Both the position numbers and the translations under genes were made by a program. The notes beneath the pieces were generated by a model that was not told the origin of the DNA, ran no database searches, and saw only the letters and a list, made by a program, of their open reading frames with translations. Source: Octopus bimaculoides (taxonomy: Eukaryota). From it: 54,227 nt of DNA. This document shows positions 11,089-25,360 of the stretch, one piece after another; positions within the stretch are counted from its first letter, which is position 1, and each line of letters starts with the position of its first letter. Where the stretch lies: positions 57,716,935-57,771,161 of the forward strand of contig NC_068987.1 of NCBI RefSeq assembly GCF_001194135.2, written 5' to 3'.

Positions 11089-14000
11089 ATATAATTAAGA
11101 TTTTACGGTATGTTAACGTTTTATGTTCCGTTTAGTATCAATAATTCTTTTGGAAATTTGAACTATTTATCTGAAAATGTCTAACGTTGTCTTGCAGATG
11201 GTTGGAAGTGCTACTCATAAATCCACACACACGTAATTGTACAATAGTTGCACATAATCTGCAGCCGTGTTTCACTTCGTACCTGAAAAACACGCCGATG
11301 AGTTAACCAACACAATGTTACCGCCCGATGTAATTACATTTCGCTTGAATTACAGAAGATGTATTAATCGTATTGTAATTACACCCGATTAACTTCCTAG
11401 ACACCACTCTTTTGGTATTTCAATTTCGAATTTTGCGCGTGCATACTATATTTAATAGAAAGTGGTTTCATTACGTTATCCAGCGTCCTGTGTCTCCTTA
11501 CTGTGTTCATTTCTAAGCATGATCTTTAAAGCTTTCCTGATGAAAGTAACACTTACAAACATTTTAACACGTGATATATCTTTTACGATACGTGTGTACA
11601 CTCCCCACAGCACATACAAATATTCACTGACAGATATGGGGTAACTACATTACAGAAAATCAATATATTAAAAAAACTAAATAAATTAAATAAAATTCCC
11701 TAGATTAAAACTTCTAAACTTTGTATAAAATAAAATCATCAGTGATTTTTATACGAATGTACCAGGGGAAAATGCAGCAATAATATGCAGTGTGTTAGAA
11801 ACATGTCAACACCAATAGTATATAAAAATTATGCAGGATGAAATTCCTGACCTTTGAGAAGTTTTTACGTCTCACGGCAATGAAAACTAATAGTGCAATC
11901 TAATTATCAAAGGAAATGTGCTTAAGCTTTCTTTTTGAAAGAGTTGGCGTCTCATTAAAATATATATGGTAAGGAAATGTTCAAAGAAGACAAGGGTATG
12001 TCAACGGAGAGTCACCGAGAGTGAGTTCCATAGTTAATATAATCTTGAAAGCTGGAGATTATAATCACTATTGAAGTGATAGTTTTATATAAAAAGGATA
12101 CAGGCCTGACAAGTTAACAAAATAATGTAATTGAAGAAATCAAATAGCGACATAATAAATTAACACAGCAAGCCTACAAAGATATTAATTTGAACTTGTT
12201 TACAAAATCGATTGAAAACAAACTGGAACGCCAACGTATATTCAGTTTCCATTACTCCTCCTGTAGTGAGCTAAAATTAGTTCGATGTACGTCTGAGTCG
12301 TAGGATAGTCAAGAGTTTTGCTGTTGAAAAACAGTATAACGGTGCGTTAAAGAAAAATAGTTGTAATAGAAAATCGAATTGTTATATAAATAACAAAATA
12401 TGTCCAGCAGTCTGGAATGAAGGCAAATCTAGTTTGATCCACTTAACAATAGAGTGGCAAAAATCTATATGCCAAGAAATGTCTAACTCTTCTTAACAAT
12501 TTGAAGTTGACTGCCACTAAAAAAAAAGCTATACCAATGAAAGCAGCATATATATCATTTACAGTTGTATGTCAAATATATAGAGAGTGGTATGCCAAAG
12601 AAAAAAGACAAAAAGTCCCCTAAAATACGTAACCACTTCACAATATAAATATATCTGTTAAAACCAAAACTATTGTTCATAAACTGTCGAATGTTTACGA
12701 ATATATAGTGACTAGTGTACTCTGGTAGCCACAAATGAGAGGAAAGTATAAAGCTACACAAAAATGACAGATAATGCCCTTGTTCGTACAATACGGGTTC
12801 CATTCCAGCGCATGTAATAAGAAAAAGCCAACAGGAAAAACTCGCACATCCAATCTGTTAGACACAGCAGCCATATCTCTTACAAACAATATTGTACTGC
12901 CATGAAAAATGGAGAAATACATTGAACAATATGATCCTGGACATTTAAATAGACAAAATGCCTAGGGTTGCTTAACAACATATACGACTTATGCAAGAAG
13001 GCTGCAATGACTGTTAAAACATATTTCGCTAAGGGAAGAGAAATAATGAATTAACACTAGAATGCAATATTCCGTCATTGAAGCAGTTAAAATAAAATTC
13101 AAGAGATGTGTATACTTCTTGACAGAAACTCATAATTTCTTCATACAAAATTGCAAATTAATCAATAAAATGAAAGGACAGTATCGATATGCCAATATTG
13201 AAACAAATCTGCTATTTACTTTTTCTTGGATTGAGTGACAACTCAGAGTTTAAGATCCAAGACAGAAGAGGTACTAGAGTTACAAACAAATGTGATATTC
13301 AGAAATTATTCTAATGGAACATCACTCAACCAAAAGTTTTGCTGTACTACGTTATACTGAATGCACCCTCAAACACACACAAACATGTGTATGTATATAT
13401 ATATAAANNNNNNNNNNNNNNNNNNNNNNNNNNNNNNNNNNNNNNNNNNNNNNNNNNNNNNNNNNNNNNNNNNNNNNNNNNNNNNNNNNNNNNNNNNNNN
13501 NNNNNNNNNNNNNNNNNNNNNNNNNNNNNNNNNNNNNNNNNNNNNNNNNNNNNNNNNNNNNNNNNNNNNNNNNNNNNNNNNNNNNNNNNNNNNNNNNNNN
13601 NNNNNNNNNNNNNNNNNNNNNNNNNNNNNNNNNNNNNNNNNNNNNNNNNNNNNNNNNNNNNNNNNNNNNNNNNNNNNNNNNNNNNNNNNNNNNNNNNNNN
13701 NNNNNNNNNNNNNNNNNNNNNNNNNNNNNNNNNNNNNNNNNNNNNNNNNNNNNNNNNNNNNNNNNNNNNNNNNNNNNNNNNNNNNNNNNNNNNNNNNNNN
13801 NNNNNNNNNNNNNNNNNNNNNNTATATATATAATATATATAATATAAATATATGTATAATAATAATGGAAATAATTTATAAATATAAATATATACATATA
13901 TATATACTTAAGCTGAAGCACCAAGTCAGTCCGGTATTATCCGCACAGCTCGAAGTACGGTGAATAAATTCAAAATAAACAACAGGATATCAAGTATGAT

Positions 14001-14149
14001 ACATTACGACCGTTTCCAGAGGCTCCATTTAATTGAACAATGCAATCATTACATCAATTTAAATTGAGTGCCATCTTCAGATGCACAAATAAATAAATAG
14101 AATTTTAACCAGTTGGAACATTAATATAATTTTTTCAGATACTTTAACA

Positions 14150-15083
14150 AATCAAGAAGCTGGAAGAAATTCACGCTATCGCTGTAAGAAAATGGTTTAA
14201 ACGATTTTGCAGTGGAGACCTGAACCTTGAAGATCATGAGTGTAGTGGACACCCATCTGTCATCGATGACGGTCAATTAAAGACCGTCATTAAGAAAGAT
14301 CCACGTAAAACCACTCGACAACTGACAAAAGAACCTGAAGTTAGCCATTTGCATGCGATCGGAAAATTAAAAGCGCTCGACAAATGGGTACCACACGATT
14401 TGAATGAAAATTTCTCGACTGTATTGTAACTTGCGACGAAAAATGGATTCTGTATAATAATAAAAAACGTTGTTAGCAGTGGTTGGACCAAATTGAAGCA
14501 CCTAGAACCTTCCCTAAACCCAAGCTCTTCAAACAGAAGGTTATGGAAACTGTTTGGTGATGTAATACTGGACTCATCCACTATAACTTCTTAGAACCCG
14601 GAAGAACCATTACTGCAGAAACGTATTGCAGAAACATATTACCATGAAAAGAAGAACTGCTACTCCTTCGTCCCAGACTGGTTAACAGAAGAGGGCCAAT
14701 CATACTTCATGACAATGTTCGACCACACGCTTCAGTAATGACGAGCCAGAAGTTGAGGTAACTTGGCTACGAAGGTCTTCTCCACTCAGCTTATTCCCCA
14801 GACCTATCTTCTACCGACTACCACTTTTTCAAGCATCTTGATGCTTTACTGCGAGAGAAGGAGTTCAAAAATCAAACCGATGCTGAAAGTGCGTTCAAAG
14901 AGTTCATCAGCTCCAAAACTCCAGATTTTTATGTTATCGGAATAAACAAACTTGTAACGCGTTGGGAAAAATGTGCTGATTATAATGGTACTTACTTTGA
15001 TGAATAAAATTTCCGCATTGTTGAAATATATTGAGATGAATTTCATGTTTTAAAACGTTGCTTACTTTTTACTCAGCATGATA
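14150..15083 (+). mobile_element. mariner (DD34D) transposon relic, 5' end not identified, 3' TIR present
   Basis: Motifs KWVPHDLNE, IVTCDEKWILYNN, RLVNRRGPIILHDNVRPH and YSPDLSSTDYHFFKHLD; D-D spacing is 34. There are stops, frameshifts and an internal deletion after WVPHDLNEN. The terminus CTTACTTTTTACTCAGCATGATA matches the terminus at 37609. Confidence 0.92.
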
Positions 15084-15554
15084 GATGCAATAAAGATTGT
15101 GTTGTTCCTTGCAAGTGGACATTTACTTTATATATCTCTTGTTTTATTATATTCTGTTATTAAATTCTGTGTAATTAAATTTTTACAGATTTTAGAATTG
15201 TCCCCTATATGGTTTATAGTGTCTTTCATCCCTCCTGTCTTCTTTATATAACTTACGTGTCCCAAACCAAGCGAACTTTCAGGCAGGCTGTTTATAGAAG
15301 TAGTTGTATGCTGTCAAGTTAATGTGACAGTATACAACTACTTCATCGTATCAATACTGCATAAATCTCTCTGAGAGATTTAGAAATGTATTATTTCTAA
15401 ACGCTGTTTAATATTATGTTGAATTCTAAGATACTTCATAGAACCTTGTCGATAATAAAGAAAAGATTATCATTATTTTCATTGGTTGATGGATTGGCTG
15501 AATTGTGAGTGCGTCATATAAAATACTACCTTACAATATTATTTCTAGTTATTT

Positions 15555-15695
15555 GTTCAGAGTTCAAATCCCGCCGAGGTCAACTTTAGGTTTCATCCAT
15601 TCAGGATTAATAAAGTAAAATATCAGTTAACTATTGGCGTCGATGATATCGATTACCCCACGTCAAAATTTGTGACCGTTAGCCTAATTTATAAA
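15555..15695 (+). mobile_element. family B SINE, degenerate
   Basis: GAGTTCAAATCCCGCCGAGGTCAACTTTAGGTTTCATCC... (B-box plus central domain). Confidence 0.7.
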
Positions 15696-17452
15696 TTATT
15701 ATCGTTTATGAACTCGTACCTATATTAGAAATCATATTCAAATTAGTTAACTTGACTGAAACAAGCATTAAGTTACACTGTCCTACATCCAGCCCTCAGA
15801 TTCCATTACTGAGTTCACCTGTAGTATAATTAAAATGAGTACACGCAATGTAGCGAATTTGCTATAATCTCACTACACATCTCTGGTAAACTCATGAGAC
15901 CGAAATACACAAAGCTACTAGATTACTTCTAATTAAAACATATCCATTAAAACTTATATAGAATAACATTTTTCTACGTTCATTGCTATACGTTGCAGGT
16001 GTAGCGCCGAAACGGTCCTCGTTGTGCAAATAAATTACTTATATACATGTAAGAAGTAGATTTTACACTTTCAAAATTGACTTTCAATAACCCATACAAG
16101 CTATATGTGGTTTAGAAAGATTAATTATTACTCAATAACATTGATAAAGTGTAATGCAATTTCAGTAGATATACTTGTATTACATGCTCTCAAATGGGAA
16201 TTTTGGTAATATTTAGCAATACTTTTCCATTTTAGATATCTAAACTGTCATCCTACTCAAAGCATATTTCTCTTTACGACGTATTTGATGTAGCATGCCT
16301 CTTATATTAATATATTCATTTACTGCACCTTCGTTCCTCATATTTCTTTCAAACATTTTACAATGAATTGTATGAAAGATATCGTTTCAGCACCGTTCTG
16401 AACTTTATAATTCACCTGTATCCCATTAATGTAACGATGTTTTATGAATCACAAGCTGTATACTGTCAATGGTATTTTAGTTACAATTTATGGACAGTTA
16501 ACGATATGAAACTTCGATAGATAAACTTATAGAGAAATAACTGATGACACTGTACCGTTGTTATTGATCACGGTAAGTTATAAATCTTAAACTCTTTTAC
16601 CTGAGAGACAATTTACATTGCGTTATAAACAGAGGAGAGCAACGGTATCCATATTTTCTATGGCTTGCAGATGTTGCCAAAAATACAAAACCGAACCAAA
16701 TTCTTTATGACATCTATTTATGGAACACCTTACAGCTGGATGCAGCCGTTCGCTAAACTGAAGGAAACAAATAATTACAATTTCTGCATAAAAATATTTC
16801 ATTTCATTTATATCGGTAATACTGAATGTCACCATCGCTCATACTCTGAGTCAACGAAGGAGTCTCAGTGCAGCCAGTCGACATGCAAGGAATATCAAGC
16901 GAATTTATTCAAAATTATACCGTATTCGCTCAAAATAGAAGGAGGGATACATTTGACAATATTGCCTTTAATTAAGTGTTCGATGAAGAGACAAGCACAT
17001 CAGAAACGTTTTTGAGCCTAATTCTGCTTGTTCAGGGTTCATCAACGACTAAAAATATTTTCTCATGCTATTTTGTTAAACCTTAGAAACATTTCTAGTT
17101 AGATCATTTTTTAAATACTACAGGACTATGGAAGTTAGAACCGATAGAGCGTAAAAAAATACGTTGTGGCATTTGATAATGCCTTTTTACATTCTGAATG
17201 TCAAATCCCTCCAAGGTTGACGCTATCTTTCCTCCTTGCGATGCTATACTGTGGAGAATATACAGTCAAGGTTACCCTTGATTGCGGTACCATAATATAT
17301 ATGTATATATATACATATATATATATATGCCAATAATAATGATAATAATAAGGATTATTACGAAGTAGCATTAACATTAGCTTTAATTCTTTTTTATGTA
17401 TATACAGCTTCAAACAGACATACACATGTATATACATGTGAGTATATATATA

Positions 17453-17612
17453 GGCACAGGAGTGGAAGTGTGGTAAGAAGTTTGCTTCCCAACCACATGG
17501 TTCTAGGATCAGTCCTACTGGATAGCACTTTGGGCAAGTATCTTCTACTAAAGTCTTGGTCCGACTAAACCCTTGTGAGTGGATTTACTTGACGGAAACT
17601 GAAAGAAGCCCG

Positions 17613-17672
<60 letters not shown>

Positions 17673-17930
17673 CTGTGTGTGTGTGTGTGTGTGTGTGTAT
17701 TTATATATATGTGTCTGTGTATTTGTGTTTGTTCCGCCATCAGTGCTTGACAACCGGTGTTGGCGTATTTATGTCTCCGAAGTCTAGCGTTTCGGCAAAA
17801 GAGACAGATAGAATAAGTGCCACGCTTAAAGAATACGTACTGGGGTCGATTCGTTTAACTAAAATTCAAGGCAGTATCCCAGCATGACCTCAGTCTAATG
17901 ACTGTAACAATTAAAAGATAAAAGATAAGA
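17453..17930 (+). mobile_element. family A SINE, apparently full length, with internal (TA)n(TG)n tract
   Basis: tRNA-like head, body, internal microsatellite, 3' half and (AAAGAT)n-like tail are all present in order. Confidence 0.88.
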
Positions 17931-18303
17931 TATATATATATATATATATATATACATACATACATACATACATACATACATACATACATACATACATACA
18001 TACATGCATAGATATATGTATGTGTGTGTGTGTGTATACTGTCTTGACCAAAAGTATTAGGCCACCCCAATGTTTTGGGGTTCTGCTTTCTGAATGTTCA
18101 TGAAACTCGTGTACATGGTAGGTTATGATATATTTCACAATATACATTATTCTTAATATCTGTTTGACCCTCCTTTAGCATCAGTTACCGCTTTTATACT
18201 GTACTGTACATATGCAACCAATTATGAGTAAGACCAATGTTTCCTTTATTATCTCAGAGTTTTATGCTAAAATACGATGTAGATAGAGTTAATAAACAGT
18301 AAA

Positions 18304-19456
18304 ATGCCTAAAGCCAGTGGGCTGAGTGATTGTGAGCGAGGTCCAATCGTAGCTCATCATGAAGATGAAATGTCGCAAAGGCAAATTGCTCAGAAGAGGA
18401 AGTGTTCTCTATGTGCGGTGCAAACGACTCTCAAACGCTTCAGAGAGACAAAAGATGTGAAGACAATACAAATAAAAGGTAGAAAAAAGGTTACATCACC
18501 TCGTGATGACAGATCTACCATTTGTCAGTCGCTCAGAAACAGGAGAAAAGCATCGTCGGAGCTCTGTGAGGACCACAACGAGGCAAGTACTTCACAAATA
18601 TCAACCAGAACTGTTGGAAGAAGGTTTCTAGAGTACGGTGTCAAAGCCTGTAAAGCCAGGAAAAAGTCATGGATTTCTGAAGCGAATATGGAAAAACGTC
18701 TTCAGCGGACCAAAAACCACTCAAATTGAACCAGTGTGCAATGGTCAAATGTGATATGGTCTGATGAAAGTTACTCTGAAGTAAGATAGTACATTCAGTC
18801 AACACATAAACTTAATGTAACTGGTTTGTTGCTCAAAATATATTTTAAAAAAGTATCCGACATAAAGCTAATATTACATTTCATGTTTTTACTCAGGTTT
18901 TTGGTACATCTGGTGCAACGTTTGTACGTCACGCAGTTGGGGAAGCATTTAAGGCTGAATGTCTGGTACCAACCGTAAAACATAGGGGGGAGGGTTCTAT
19001 CATAGTGTGACTTGCATGTCTACTACAGGACCCGGAGAAATGTTTTTATATCAGGGAAGGATGATTTCAGCTACCTATGTGTCTATGTTATCCCATGTTT
19101 TAGACCCATCAATTACTAAATTGCATCCAGGAGTGTCGACAAACAGTGTTAGCTTTCGACAGGACAACGCTTCATGTCATACAGCAAAGAATACTGGTCA
19201 ATGGTTTCAAGCACAGGGTATTGTTCCCATGGATTGGTCAGCTCAAAGTCCCGATCTAAATTTGATCGAACACCGATGTGGAACTCTTGGTGAAGGTATC
19301 AGGAACACAACAATTAAAAATAAAGAGCGTTTGTAGCAAACGGTGAGAGAAGAATGGGGTAAAATTGCGCCTAGCACCTGCAAAAAACAAGTTGATTCAA
19401 TGCCTAACCGTATAAAAGCGGTAATTGATGTTAAAGGAGGGTCAACCAGATATTAA
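18304..19456 (+). pseudogene. Tc1 transposase pseudogene (DD34E), two exons: 18304-18780 and 18897-19456
   Basis: HTH region with GRKKVT, then WSDES, CLVPTVKH, FRQDNASCH, WSAQSPDLNLIEH (34 residues between D and E) and SMPNRIKAVIDVKGGSTRY*. Stops at 18727, about 19009 and 19334, plus a frameshift near 19010. Confidence 0.93.
18781..18896 (+). other. 116-bp phase-0 spliceosomal intron in the Tc1 transposase
   Basis: GAA|GTAAGA ... TTTTTACTCAG|GTT. Removal joins WSDESYSE to VFGTSGATFVR in frame and restores the Tc1 consensus spacing. Confidence 0.85.
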
Positions 19457-19665
19457 AACTAACGTACATTGTGAAATATATCATAATCTACCATGTGCAC
19501 GAGATTCATTAACATTGAGATAGCAGAACCCCAAAACATTGGGGTGGCCTAAAACCTTTGGCTAAGGCTGTATATATATATATATATATANNNNNNNNNN
19601 NNNNNNNNNNNNNNNNNNNNNNNNNNNNNNNNNNNNNNNNNNNNNNNNNNNNNNNNNNNNNNNNN

Positions 19666-19703
<38 letters not shown>

Positions 19704-20355
19704 GTGATCATGGAAAGAAGCTATCAGTTACGTCTGAGAAGAAAGAATGAGATTTTCTATTGTCTAGTTAATGGAATCGACCTAAGTTTATTACTGATAT
19801 TCGTGCCTTTGACATCAAAATGTTGAATCTTAAAAGGGTTTGGATTTTAAACTGCGTAAGATAGGAAATTAAATTTATGAATTTATTTATGAATTAAATC
19901 TTTCGTTCTGTCGTGACATAGCTCATGCCCTGTTAGTTAGGCCGATGGATCTGATGTATTAATAATCACAAGCAATTAAACCAAAATATTTTATTTCCTG
20001 CATTGCTTCATAAAAATATGTTTGTAGGGCAAGGTAACGTAAATTTAATTAAGACAGTAAATTATTTAGTTTATCGAAATCAGAGTAGCTATAAGCGAAG
20101 TGGATTCAAGTAAATGTAAAGAGATGGATGTAAATGCTACACTGTATTATCCCTGATGCAGACGTTATTAATAATTCAAATTACAAAAATATTATACTGT
20201 AGCAATACAAATCATCACCATATATATCCATGAATAATATTACATGTACAATATACACATACACACGCACACACAGACACACACATATACATACACACAC
20301 ATACATGCACACATATGTACATACATGTATACATACGTACAATATATGTATATAT

Positions 20356-20470
20356 GTTCAAATTCCACCGAGTTAGACCTTGACTTTCATCCTTTCTTGG
20401 TCAATTGAAATAAGTATCAGCTGCGCCCTAATGACCAAGTCATCGACTAGCCCCTTCCTACACATTTTAA
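20356..20470 (+). mobile_element. family B SINE fragment
   Basis: GTTCAAATTCCACCGAGTTAGACCTTGACTTTCATCCTTTC... Confidence 0.7.
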
Positions 20471-22804
20471 GCAATGTGCTCATCGTATTTCCTTCATGTT
20501 TAATTTTTGGAAGCAATATTTCCGTATTCATAACGAGTACAATTTACGCAGTGCACCATATTTGTAATGATAATAGGATTCATCATGGATATGAATGTTT
20601 CTACTGTTAGAAATACATTGGGTATATTGGCAGGACGCGTACATGTACGAGCTTCACAAACCTTTAAATAAATGACATAACTATTATGGGCCACCAAATT
20701 TCGAAAATCTATGAAATTATTCCCAAACCATAAGAGAAAACGAATTACTTATTTCATTAAAACGTTACCTGACCATATTCTCGACTTTTTTAATGTGTAT
20801 AATCGTTAATTTTTCTTTCATATATGTTTTTTGTTTCACAAGATTTTTTATTCTTTAGTAGAGTTTTACTTCGTAGCAATGCAATACTGATTTAGTAACA
20901 GTTACTGATTTCTTTCAGCATTTTTAGTGTATATAAACGCATTGCAAATGAGAGTGGATTTTTGTTGCTAATATAAGTATCAGATAGTTCTTTTCATCAT
21001 AACATTCATGTTTTGATGTTTCATGTGCTAAGTAATAAATGTCTATTATCCTGATACATCAAATTAAGTAGATGCAAATAAATCCTCCATTGCTTATTTC
21101 GTCACAAGAGTACCTCTGAAGATTATCTCGTTAACTTGTGTATCTTTGGAAAATCAGCTTAGCAGAATCCATCCATTTTCTATCCATATTCACACGTCAC
21201 ATAAAGTAGCACACATCGATTATACAGTGCTTCTACGATTACAGGACCAAACTGCTTCTACTTTGTAGTATTTAACTATAGCTGGGTGAACTGGTCATTT
21301 CGATTTACTCGCAGCTTAGATTTTACATACGATTTTGAGCAATATAAAAACACTAGAGATTTGGATTATTTTCTGGGTACCCCAATTAACTAGTTTCCTG
21401 GAAACACTTCGGAGATGACTGTATGGAAACTGAAGGTTGTGGATAGAATCAGTCTATAGATTAAATATGATATATCTTTAGTTTAAAAGGTGTTTAAAAG
21501 GTTAGATATTTGAAATGTGTACAAAATTTGTTTTATTTCTACACATTATCGTACACTCGAATATTATATTTTCATAACTAAGAGGTTATTTACCCATTAC
21601 TACAGGTTTTGACTGAATTCGATTAGGAATAAGAAGAAGAGTTATGTAGACCATAAAGATATACGTAATGGAAACGAAAGATCTCGGCAAATTAGAGCTA
21701 TTACTAAATCAATTCTGGAAGAGTGAAAAGAAAGAAAATGTTGACATCGAGAATTAATAGCGGTAAATGCCATACATTATCAGCACTTGATGGTTTATAT
21801 GTTACTGTTTTGTGATACTTTGTAAAAGTACATGGTAGACGACTGAATGATGGGATGATATATGCTCGTTATTAGTGCTGGCACCTTTCAAATATATAAT
21901 GTATTATAATGATTATTAAGCACCGATATGTATATATGGCCCGAAAAACACCTTCCCTTCTATCACTTCCCTAAATAAGTAGCACTGAATTTCAATTATT
22001 AATAATGTCAAGAATAAAAGAGAACCTCATCAACACACTAAAATCAGGGTCTATTACATCTTTTATCCAATGCGCTCTCAACTGAACTATTTCGACTATC
22101 AACAAAAGCGGCATTATTTGTAGGAATATTATTTACTGTCATTAAGATGAACACATTTTCCTAAATTGCGCCATATTAAATAATAAGTTATATTTTCCTA
22201 AATTCTGCAACGCCAAATGCATTATATTTAATATATTTTGATATATGAACCACATTCTACATTAAAAATATATTTAAAAAATATTTTACTTTCTATTTAT
22301 ATATGTGTGAAATCTATATATTTGCACAAATAACAGACATTACAACTAAAGAAAACAATCTTCTCTTGGTGTTTCTACTTGTATATTCCGATAGATTGTG
22401 TTTATTGAGATATTCGATACATTGAAGATAAGGCCATTCTAGAGAAAACTATATATTTACAATGTTAGAACATAATATAAAAATGTAAATAAACTGCAAA
22501 ATTATAACATTCTTTTGTCATTATATTATTAATCAATGGCAATAGAATAAACAGGGTAATAGATCAATAGAATCACCAAAGTAAGAGATAAAATAGCTTG
22601 CAGTATTCCTTGAGGCTCTTTGTATTATGGGTATAAATCTGACACAAGTTAACTTTACCCCTCATCTTTCTGAGGTTTATAAAATAAAGTATCGAAATAA
22701 ATGGCACTTTCCTCCATAAAATATTTGATTCTGGTTCTATGTTAGAAATTATTATTTTATTAAACAATATATCCTTGTTAAGAATGATAGTAAGAATATA
22801 TTTG

Positions 22805-22853
<49 letters not shown>

Positions 22854-23850
22854 TATTTCGTTTCGACTCATAGTTTTGACATAAATCTTTATATTTAGCT
22901 TTGGATAATCAACCAATCAAGGAAAAATAAACAGCTAAAAGAGACAGCTGTCTATTCAACAAATTATATAGCTCTCTTGCAAAATGTGGACTTCGTAGAT
23001 TGTGCTAATCTAAAACAAATACAATCATTCACTTATTAACACAGATAAGATTTAATGTTTTATATTTATAGTAACCGAAATTGCAAAGTCAATGAAAAAA
23101 CAATCAGAAACGTAGGACTTCCCCTAATTAGAAATAAAGGCTCTTATTCGTTGTTGCTTAATTAGTCGAGAGAATAGCCTCATTTAAATCAAAATAGGAA
23201 TCGATATAAAATAATATTAGAAATTCCAATATAAAATTTTCCCTTCCAAGACTTCAGCAATTTTCCAATGACACTTGAGAATAATTGTAGATTATTTCAA
23301 CCATTAGGCTTCTTAATGAGTGTTCAACTGAATAAATTTAAGAGACGTTTTATGAGTTTAAAACGCAAATTACCATGCTGGAAGTTTGTTAATTGCAATA
23401 GATATGTAAGTGTATCGCACTAAAAACAAAATATAAAGGAAGGATTTTTCGAGTGTAGAATTTAATAGCGCTATATTATTTTTATGGTGGTTATTTTGCC
23501 CCTTTTAAATCTTGATCGAATAAGATCTATGATCAGTAGCATGCTAGTTGTGTTCCACCCGTCTTTGTATGAATATATATGGTCGTTTCGCAACAATTTG
23601 GCGGAGACGTCGAATCGCTAATGTCAAACTCGAAGCAGGTACAAAAGTGCGGCACACGGATGATGCATATTTGAACCGTCGCAAACAACCATAAACTCAT
23701 GTCTTTACATGCTCACCGATCTCGTAAAAAATCTGGATCCAATTATAAATATTTTTTAAAAGTGGCCCATTTCCATACGTTAGGTATGAATGAACGAGAC
23801 GAAGTCACATTATTTATGATATATGAATATGTCATCATAAATAGATATAT

Positions 23851-24060
23851 TGGTATCACATTTTGACACAAGACTAGCAATTGGGGGGAGGGGATAAGTT
23901 GATTACATCGGCCCCTGTGCTCAAGGGGTACTTAATTTATCGACTTCGTAGAATGAAAGGCAAAGTCGATCTCAGTGGAATTTGAACACAGAACATAAAG
24001 ACAGACAGAATGTCGCTAAGGACTTTTATCCGGCATGCCAACGATTCTGCCAGCTCACCG
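23851..24060 (-). mobile_element. family B SINE, full length
   Basis: Complete motif string from the tail (TGGTATCACATTTTGACACAAG) to the head (GCCAGCTCACC). Confidence 0.88.
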
Positions 24061-24720
24061 TTTTAGTCATAACTAGATGTACTGTAATTAATCCACAACT
24101 AAAGTATAAATGATGATAATGATGTAGAAAATTATCTGAGACAGCGGAATGTATATCGGGAGCCCACATTAACTCCGGTAAAATATAACACTATACTGGA
24201 AACACTATAACAAAGCAAATCAGTTCTATAATCGTCTTGACAGCAGTTTTTTTAACCGCTGCGGTAAATAGCTCTCTGGTATTCATTTGAACCGCATCAT
24301 CAATGTATCAAAATATATCAGAAGTCCCACCCTGATACTAATAATATATACGTGGAAACAGAATTCTTGACCAAATTGGTTCGTTATATTGTCTTGCCAA
24401 TAATTTTCAGCAGTTGTATTAATAAGCACTGTGGTATACATATGAATCGATATCTGTCGTAGAAAATGTGAAAATATTATGAGAAACTACAATGGAATTT
24501 AAGCATACACAGAGATTACTACAGAGTAAATGTTAAACCTGACGTCATTTTCGATCACAAAAAGAATATAATTACGTATTAATGATCAGCATAGTAACGT
24601 CAAATAACTATAATGTGTTGCAGAAGTGAGATGAATGCTAAGGAATAACACGGAGCAATGTACAGAATTTTTAAATTTGTCATCGCATTTGTCATTGGCA
24701 ATACTGGAGTGGTATAAAAG

Positions 24721-24910
24721 CAGTGAGCTGGAAGAATGATCAGCGGCATTCCGTTCCCCTGTTCGTTTTGAGTTCACATTCCGCCGAGGTCGACTTTGCC
24801 TTTCATCCTTTCGGGTTCGATGAAATAAGTACCATTTTAGCCCTTGGATCGACATAATTGACTAGCTTTTTCTTCGAACTTGCTAGCATTATGTCAAAAT
24901 TTGAAATCAT
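24721..24910 (+). mobile_element. family B SINE, near full length
   Basis: GTGAGCTGGAAGAAT head; GAGTTCACATTCCGCCGAGGTCGACTTTGCCTTTCATCCTTTCGGG central domain; AAAATTTGAAATC tail. Confidence 0.88.
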
Positions 24911-25183
24911 TGCTGGAGTGATATGCAAGCATTTCGCTAAAAAAATTGACAAAATTTTCATATGGGCAAATATCGGTATGTTCCCAATAATTACTGCAAA
25001 TATTATGAATCATGAATACTTTGGTTAAACCACATCATTCTAGTTCACTCTTCACATTCTTTGATAATTTGAAAGACTTATATGTATATTCTCCAAAATG
25101 AAATTATTGTTTCAGTGAAAGAAATTCTTGATGTCTGAAACCATTTTTAATAAAGAGGATAACGATTATGGTACTAATAACTA

Positions 25184-25201
25184 CTACTGTTGCTGCTGCT
25201 G

Positions 25202-25265
<64 letters not shown>

Positions 25266-25293
25266 CAACAACAACAACAATAACAACAACAAC

Positions 25294-25360
<67 letters not shown>
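25184..25360. repeat. compound (CTA)n/(CAA)n/(TAA)n microsatellite
   Basis: Directly visible; abuts the tail of the SINE at 25361. Confidence 0.95.

Larger units (their letters stand above)
18039..19570 (+). mobile_element. full-length Tc1-family DNA transposon (1532 bp)
   Basis: TA on both flanks (18037-38, 19571-72). 161-bp TIRs at 18039-18199 and 19410-19570, about 88% identical by manual count. The right end reads CAGCC inward. Confidence 0.96.

Noticed and set aside
12100-13200. Faint resemblance to an R4-type RT region (WNEGKSSLI and nearby)
   Set aside because: No catalytic motif could be recovered in any frame; an HMM search would be needed.
15995-16020. GGTGTAGCGCCGAAACGGTC, resembling the 3' half of a hammerhead
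   Set aside because: No CUGANGA-like sequence upstream.
16665-17015. 116-aa ORF MLPKIQNRTK...
   Set aside because: No recognisable domain; its length is compatible with chance.
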